Positions 28,036 through 32,000 of a stretch of 32,000 nt of DNA are shown here, one piece after another. Both the position numbers and the translations under genes were made by a program. Source of the stretch: Candidatus Saccharimonadota bacterium. GTDB taxonomy: Bacteria > Bacteroidota > Bacteroidia > Cytophagales > Amoebophilaceae. The DNA lies in contig NZ_OZ239769.1 in assembly GCF_965196625.1 (NCBI RefSeq), positions 60,001 to 92,000 of the forward strand, in the 5' to 3' direction. The notes under the pieces are model-generated. The model was given only the letters and a program-made list of their open reading frames with translations, was not told where the DNA came from and made no database searches. How positions within the stretch are numbered: position 1 is the first letter of the stretch; each line of letters starts with the position of its first letter.

Positions 28036-29523
28036 CTAACCGTCTGCACCCATTTTTTGTTCAAAAGTGATCACAATAAACTCAGCTGGTCTAGGCGCTG
28101 CTACTTTTACGGAAATACGCATGATGCCCTCATTTACGTCATCTTGCGACATAGTCTCACCCAATCCGCAGAGGACCGTAAATGCCTCTGCAGGGCTTGC
28201 ACCGACTAAGGCACCTTGTCGCCAAAGATTGGTTAAGAAGTTGGAAATCATGCCCTGTACAACGGCCCAGGTAACGGGAACGTTTGGCCTAAAGACAACG
28301 GAGAAGGCCGCATTTTTAATCGATTGCTCAATAAGAATAAACAACCTTCTGACGTTAATATACCTCCATTCTGGACTATTGCCCGCTAGGGTTCTAGCGC
28401 CCCAAACGACTGCTGCACCGGCCCCTTTAAAGGTACGGATGGCATTGATGGATTTACCGCTAATGCCATCTACGTTGAGTGCTTCTTGCTCTTCATGGGT
28501 AATCTTAACCATTGGCTCCACAACAGAGTTTAGATTTTGATTGGCCGGCGCAATCCATACCCCTCTTGCTTTATCGGTTCTGGTGTAGAGCCCTGCCATC
28601 GCAGGAGCGGCTGGAAGAATATTCAACCGATCTGCAATGGTTTTGCGCAATAGCTTGTACTCCTTACTGGTATTTTTTAGCCCAGCATCCCAATAAACTT
28701 TCTCTTTCTCTGTAGTCGCACTAATTAAGTTAGAGAGCATGGTTTTATGCTCCTCTTGCAATACACACTTGAGCGACTCTAGATCAAAGTTTCTATAATC
28801 AATGCTATTCAATGGGATAATGTTTGTTTTAACCCATGGATAATAGGCAGCACCATAACTCAAATTATCTAATCCAATATATTCACGAAACCTGTTTACA
28901 TATTTGTTTTTATCTTCAATAGATAATTCATTGTTGCCACCCCATATATCAAATAAGGCAACTTTATTCAGATATTTACCGCAATGCGCAAGCCCGTAGG
29001 TCTGTACAGCATAGTAAGAGGCATCTTCTTCATCTAATAAGAGGGAGTCTGGCATTAACAACATGGTGGGCACCTCTTCTCCAGCTAGGGTATCGATGCC
29101 TTGCTTGAATACATCTGGTGTAATCTCTAACTGTGCATTTGGATCACCATACTGACCGACAGAAACAATAAAGCAGTCTGCACCACCATTATCAAAGAAT
29201 AGCTTTAAACTATTATATAGGTAAAATGTAGAGTTTGCACTCTGTTCCATCACATAAGATTTGCCATTCATAACCAAATCTTTATCTCCACTGGTTACCT
29301 CTTTAATGGTATAGACAGGCACTGCTGGCCCTCCAAAAAATAACTCATATTCAGAAAGCGAAGAGATCTGAACGGGTTTCATATGAAAAGACTTTCCATT
29401 AATTTCAGCTCTTTCAGTGAAACCTATAAAAGCAGGAACTGCAGTTGATACTTGAACCACGGCGTTGGCACCCGTATCCTTCTCGACGATGTACACGCCG
29501 GGAGTTTTTAAATTTTCAGCCAT
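28036..29523 (-). CDS. Contractile sheath protein (phage tail sheath / Afp2-4 / TssC-like family)
   Basis: 495 aa. The N-terminus MAENLKTPGVYIVEKD....VSTAVPAFIGFTE is the classic sheath opening (PGVY.eE....i..v.TsvaaFvG). The C-terminal block is ISGKSINAIRTFKGAGAAVVWGARTL...WRYINVRRL. Confidence 0.93.
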   Translation of the reverse strand: MAENLKTPGVYIVEKDTGANAVVQVSTAVPAFIGFTERAEINGKSFHMKPVQISSLSEYELFFGGPAVPVYTIKEVTSGDKDLVMNGKSYVMEQSANSTFYLYNSLKLFFDNGGADCFIVSVGQYGDPNAQLEITPDVFKQGIDTLAGEEVPTMLLMPDSLLLDEEDASYYAVQTYGLAHCGKYLNKVALFDIWGGNNELSIEDKNKYVNRFREYIGLDNLSYGAAYYPWVKTNIIPLNSIDYRNFDLESLKCVLQEEHKTMLSNLISATTEKEKVYWDAGLKNTSKEYKLLRKTIADRLNILPAAPAMAGLYTRTDKARGVWIAPANQNLNSVVEPMVKITHEEQEALNVDGISGKSINAIRTFKGAGAAVVWGARTLAGNSPEWRYINVRRLFILIEQSIKNAAFSVVFRPNVPVTWAVVQGMISNFLTNLWRQGALVGASPAEAFTVLCGLGETMSQDDVNEGIMRISVKVAAPRPAEFIVITFEQKMGADG

Positions 29524-29568
29524 TTTATTTGATTTTATGAATTATATATAAATTAAATGAAGTTTAAA

Positions 29569-30429
29569 TTAAACATATACAACTATATCGCTATAGCGTT
29601 TCTTTGTATTGCTTTTATCCTTTTTGAGCGAATCATAGGTAGGATAAGGCAATTTTTCTATTAATATGGTTTCTCCTTTTGTGCCACCAAGTTTACAAAG
29701 CGAAAAAGAACGATCGTATCGATCGCAAAGTTCCATAGGCTTGGTAGACTCTGCACAATAGGTATTCGGCAACTCAGAAGAAGCCTTTACAACACTAAAG
29801 TAAGAAGGATCCCCTTCAGATAAAATACCCAATGGTCCATTAAGCTGATTTTTGGTATCTACTACATAATACCGCCAAAAGGTAGAACGATTTTTAACTT
29901 TAATGGCATAGGTAACAGGCGCAGGACAACGGCTATCTTTTTGCTTGGATAGGGCATGCGCCCAATGGGCCAGATCTATATCAATCATTGCAAAAACATT
30001 CCAACCTGGCTCAGTAGGGTAATGCACCACCTCCTGAATCTTAACCAGATCAGCACTGCTCATAAAAGTTTTACGGTGCAACGAATGGTTATTATGGGTA
30101 TGCCCATTGTGTAAATAATAGACGGCTCCCGTTGGGTAGCCAGCCTCTAACTCAGAAAGATTTAATGCTTGGCTATTTTTTAATGTCATGACAAAAGAGA
30201 GGGTAATGCCCTCTGCTTTTTGCTGAAACAACGTCAGTGGATCATCATAGTGCTGTGAAAGCCATATCAATTCTATGCCATCTGGATGGTCCAAGAGGCG
30301 CACCCTACGTGCTGTCAGCCAGGCAGCAGTAGACTGAGTAGGCTGAATGGCAAAATCATTCTGGACATTACCGGATTTATAATAATCATTCGAAATAGCG
30401 ATCCGAAATAATTTGGTTGTAAATGCCAT
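29569..30429 (-). CDS. Hypothetical protein, 286 aa, encoded between the cap-like and sheath genes of the CIS operon
   Basis: It is a clean ORF, 5 nt from the upstream gene and 45 nt from the sheath gene, on the same strand. I recognise no domain. Confidence 0.6.
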   Translation of the reverse strand: MAFTTKLFRIAISNDYYKSGNVQNDFAIQPTQSTAAWLTARRVRLLDHPDGIELIWLSQHYDDPLTLFQQKAEGITLSFVMTLKNSQALNLSELEAGYPTGAVYYLHNGHTHNNHSLHRKTFMSSADLVKIQEVVHYPTEPGWNVFAMIDIDLAHWAHALSKQKDSRCPAPVTYAIKVKNRSTFWRYYVVDTKNQLNGPLGILSEGDPSYFSVVKASSELPNTYCAESTKPMELCDRYDRSFSLCKLGGTKGETILIEKLPYPTYDSLKKDKSNTKKRYSDIVVYV

Positions 30430-30434
30430 AGCGA

Positions 30435-30995
30435 TTACCTTTCACGTGATGAAAATGCAGATACTACCTTTAAACCCATTGTAGCATCTCCTATAAATAT
30501 AAGCCCTACCTTATACAACAAAGAAGGACTATAAGGCGTATGTAACGTTTTCCAAAGGATAGACTTTTCTGATGGCGTCATTTTAACGAGCTCAACCGAA
30601 AAACTTTCAATCCCGAGTTCTTGTAAAACAGGGGTATTGGAAGTATCAAAGTGTGACTTACTTTGAAAAAATGCTGCAACATAAGCCAGTAATTCTAAAT
30701 TTTTTAATAGGTCAGATAGTTTATAATCAGTAGAAAATAAAAAATAAAGATTAAATGCTTCTGGCCTTTTGCGTAAGATAAAACCATCTGCCTGTGGCAC
30801 ATATTGCGTAGGATTGCTGCACAACTCTACTGAAGTAATATCTACCAATCTCATAATAATTCCCTTTGAAGACTTACTTTCTACCTGAGAATTTCCTAAG
30901 ATTGACAAAGATATAGCTGGCTCCTTTACATTCGATTTAGACTGAATGTATTGATTTACCTCAGACAATATAGTGTGCGTGCAATGATGTAGCAT
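30435..30995 (-). CDS. DUF4255 / Pvc16_N-type protein (Afp16-like tube-sheath terminator cap)
   Basis: 186 aa. ...IIMRLVDITSVE...RKRPEAFNLYFLFSTDY...LELLAYVAAFFQSKSHF....ILWKTLHTPYSPSLLYKVGLIFI fits the DUF4255 layout (Lvni.ee, p..lnLyyLi.a, l.ll..v...f, lW..l....rPS..Y.v). It is the first gene of the operon, as in many Bacteroidota CIS loci. Confidence 0.78.
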   Translation of the reverse strand: MLHHCTHTILSEVNQYIQSKSNVKEPAISLSILGNSQVESKSSKGIIMRLVDITSVELCSNPTQYVPQADGFILRKRPEAFNLYFLFSTDYKLSDLLKNLELLAYVAAFFQSKSHFDTSNTPVLQELGIESFSVELVKMTPSEKSILWKTLHTPYSPSLLYKVGLIFIGDATMGLKVVSAFSSRER

Positions 30996-31044
30996 GTTTA
31001 GTCTCTTTATCGTTTGTACTGTATGCTCACACTAATGGCTACAA

Positions 31045-31072
31045 AAGCGCAAAAAACAGGCTTGCTAGCCTG
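31045..31072 (-). terminator. Rho-independent-type terminator on the minus strand between atpC and the CIS operon
   Basis: The minus strand reads CAGGCTAGCAAGCCTG (6-bp stem, 4-nt loop) followed by TTTTTTGCGCTTTTG. It lies ~190 nt downstream of the atpC stop and ~50 nt upstream of the DUF4255 start. Confidence 0.5.
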
Positions 31073-31259
31073 GCAGTTTCTTTTTACCAATCTGTTCAAA
31101 TAAATGCAAGCAAGGAATAATGCCCAATATATCACATTTTTAGATTACTTTTTACTCAGAAACAAAAGAATCACTATTCTTTTACTTAAAAAGCGCAAAG
31201 CAAAACCAGCGCCAGCCGGCCTAAGCAGCAGCTGCTGCGCGCCAACTCGGCTATATAGC

Positions 31260-31514
31260 TTAATGGCCTTGTTCGATAGGGTCACAAACTACTATAAGCT
31301 GGTTGTCGGCTATTGAGGTAAAACCACCCTTTACTGCAACGGAGGATGACACTGCTCCAACGCTATAGGTGATCTGCCCAGCTACCAAACTGCTTAGCGT
31401 AGGTGCATGATGGGAAAGTACCTGAAATGGACCAAGCGCACCTGGCAACATTACATGATCCACCACTCCATTAAAAATGCTACCATTAGGCGCTATGATA
31501 GATAGATGCATCAT
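31260..31514 (-). CDS. atpC: F-type ATP synthase epsilon subunit (short, beta-sandwich-only form)
   Basis: MMHLSIIAPNGSIFNGVVDHVMLPGALGPFQVLSHHAPTLSSLVAGQITY....VAVKGGFTSIADNQLIVVCD follows the AtpC pattern (l.i.tP....f.g.v..v.lPg..G.fgvL..HaP.it.L..G.i......aV.gGf.ev..n.v.vl). Confidence 0.85.
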   Translation of the reverse strand: MMHLSIIAPNGSIFNGVVDHVMLPGALGPFQVLSHHAPTLSSLVAGQITYSVGAVSSSVAVKGGFTSIADNQLIVVCDPIEQGH

Positions 31515-31967
31515 TCTAACTTATACTACTTTTACTACTTTACAGACCATCACCTACAACCTAAACAACTGATTGCTTTACTTACTTCTTATAAACGAAA
31601 GGTAACCAAAAGGTTTTTTAAAAGCAAATGCGCTTACACGATTGCCCATACAATTTAGATGCCGATTGATACGATTATTCGTTTATCGAGGGCTACCATA
31701 CCGCCTAATGGCCTCCTGAATTTGAAATAGATGGATCATGGCCATAAGCCCCTCCCTTAGAAGGTGCTTAAAGGCCCAATGTGTAGTGATATAGAAGCTA
31801 ACAGTAGCCGAAAAGGAAAACAATAAAGCTTGCCTTAAATCTTTACTTACTTACGAAAGTATTTGTCTCGTACGTAATGAAACAACAAATAATTCATTGC
31901 AATCATGTATAATGCTATTGCAATGGCAAAGCCAGTTTTAAATGATATCATAGACAAAAAACAATAA

Positions 31968-31995
31968 AGCATTCTATTAAAAGAAATAGAATGCT
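31968..31995 (-). terminator. Hairpin with downstream T-run on the minus strand (probable terminator of a minus-strand gene lying beyond the window end)
   Basis: AGCATTCTATT-aaaaga-AATAGAATGCT is a perfect 11-bp stem. On the minus strand it is followed by TTATTGTTTTTTG. Confidence 0.45.
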
Positions 31996-32000
31996 CTTAA

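Noticed and set aside
28067-28715. Plus-strand ORFs 28067..28540 and 28512..28715
   Set aside because: They are antisense to the well-supported sheath gene and have no motifs.
24755-30995. Interpretation of the sheath/tube cluster as a (defective) myovirus prophage
   Set aside because: There are no capsid, portal, terminase, integrase, lysis or att-like features in or next to the cluster. DUF4255, DUF5908-like and Afp7-like genes are hallmarks of non-phage contractile injection systems.
31600-31840. Possible RNase P RNA, tmRNA or SRP RNA in the non-coding region upstream of atpC
   Set aside because: I could not find the universal motifs on either strand: GAGGAAAGUCC / ACAGAA..GGCUUA for RNase P, a tRNA-like acceptor/T-arm for tmRNA, or the GGAA/AGCA SRP domain IV. 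The region is left as unexplained.

Overview
This is an AT-rich bacterial chromosomal window that reads like the genome of a host-restricted Bacteroidota endosymbiont. An Amoebophilaceae-like (Cardinium/Amoebophilus-type) origin is my inference only.

(1) 1-11.8 kb is a mobile-DNA and gene-decay zone. It holds an orphan conjugative coupling protein (TraG/VirD4-like), a frameshifted IS110-family element, and a second solo left-end copy of that element. The IS left end folds into two long stem-loops, as expected for a bridge RNA. The zone also holds a tandem-repeat lipoprotein gene broken by a 5-bp duplication, an ankyrin-repeat protein, a small RHH-like gene, and a group II intron (RT/maturase plus domain V with a CGC triad, IIC-like). 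The intron lies antisense and abuts the start codon of a lipoprotein gene.

(2) 12.1-15.2 kb carries 5S and 23S rRNA on the minus strand. There is no 16S gene and no spacer tRNA upstream, and the block is bracketed by a 48-nt direct repeat.

(3) 15.8-21.5 kb carries housekeeping genes (thyA, a VanX/DdpX-type dipeptidase, ogt, a YfcE-like phosphoesterase, tatD). These are interleaved with pseudogenes (a beta-lactamase-family relic and a Dcu C4-dicarboxylate transporter relic).

(4) 21.5-24.6 kb carries two tandem paralogous signal-peptide HtrA/Nma111-like proteases. One has lost its catalytic His and Ser.

(5) 24.7-31.0 kb is the most interesting locus: a compact minus-strand operon encoding only the cap-sheath-tube-tube initiator half of a contractile injection system (Afp/PVC/T6SS-iv-like). 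No phage head genes and no baseplate, spike or ATPase genes occur in the window. Its Afp7-like protein has a ~230-aa Gly/Ser/Ala-rich, GC-rich extension where a LysM domain is expected. Two divergent ~150-aa proteins sit between the sheath and the canonical tube gene. A ~150-nt imperfect palindrome lies inside the operon.

(6) atpC sits at the right edge without an adjacent atpD.

All family assignments come from motif recognition by eye. No searches were run.
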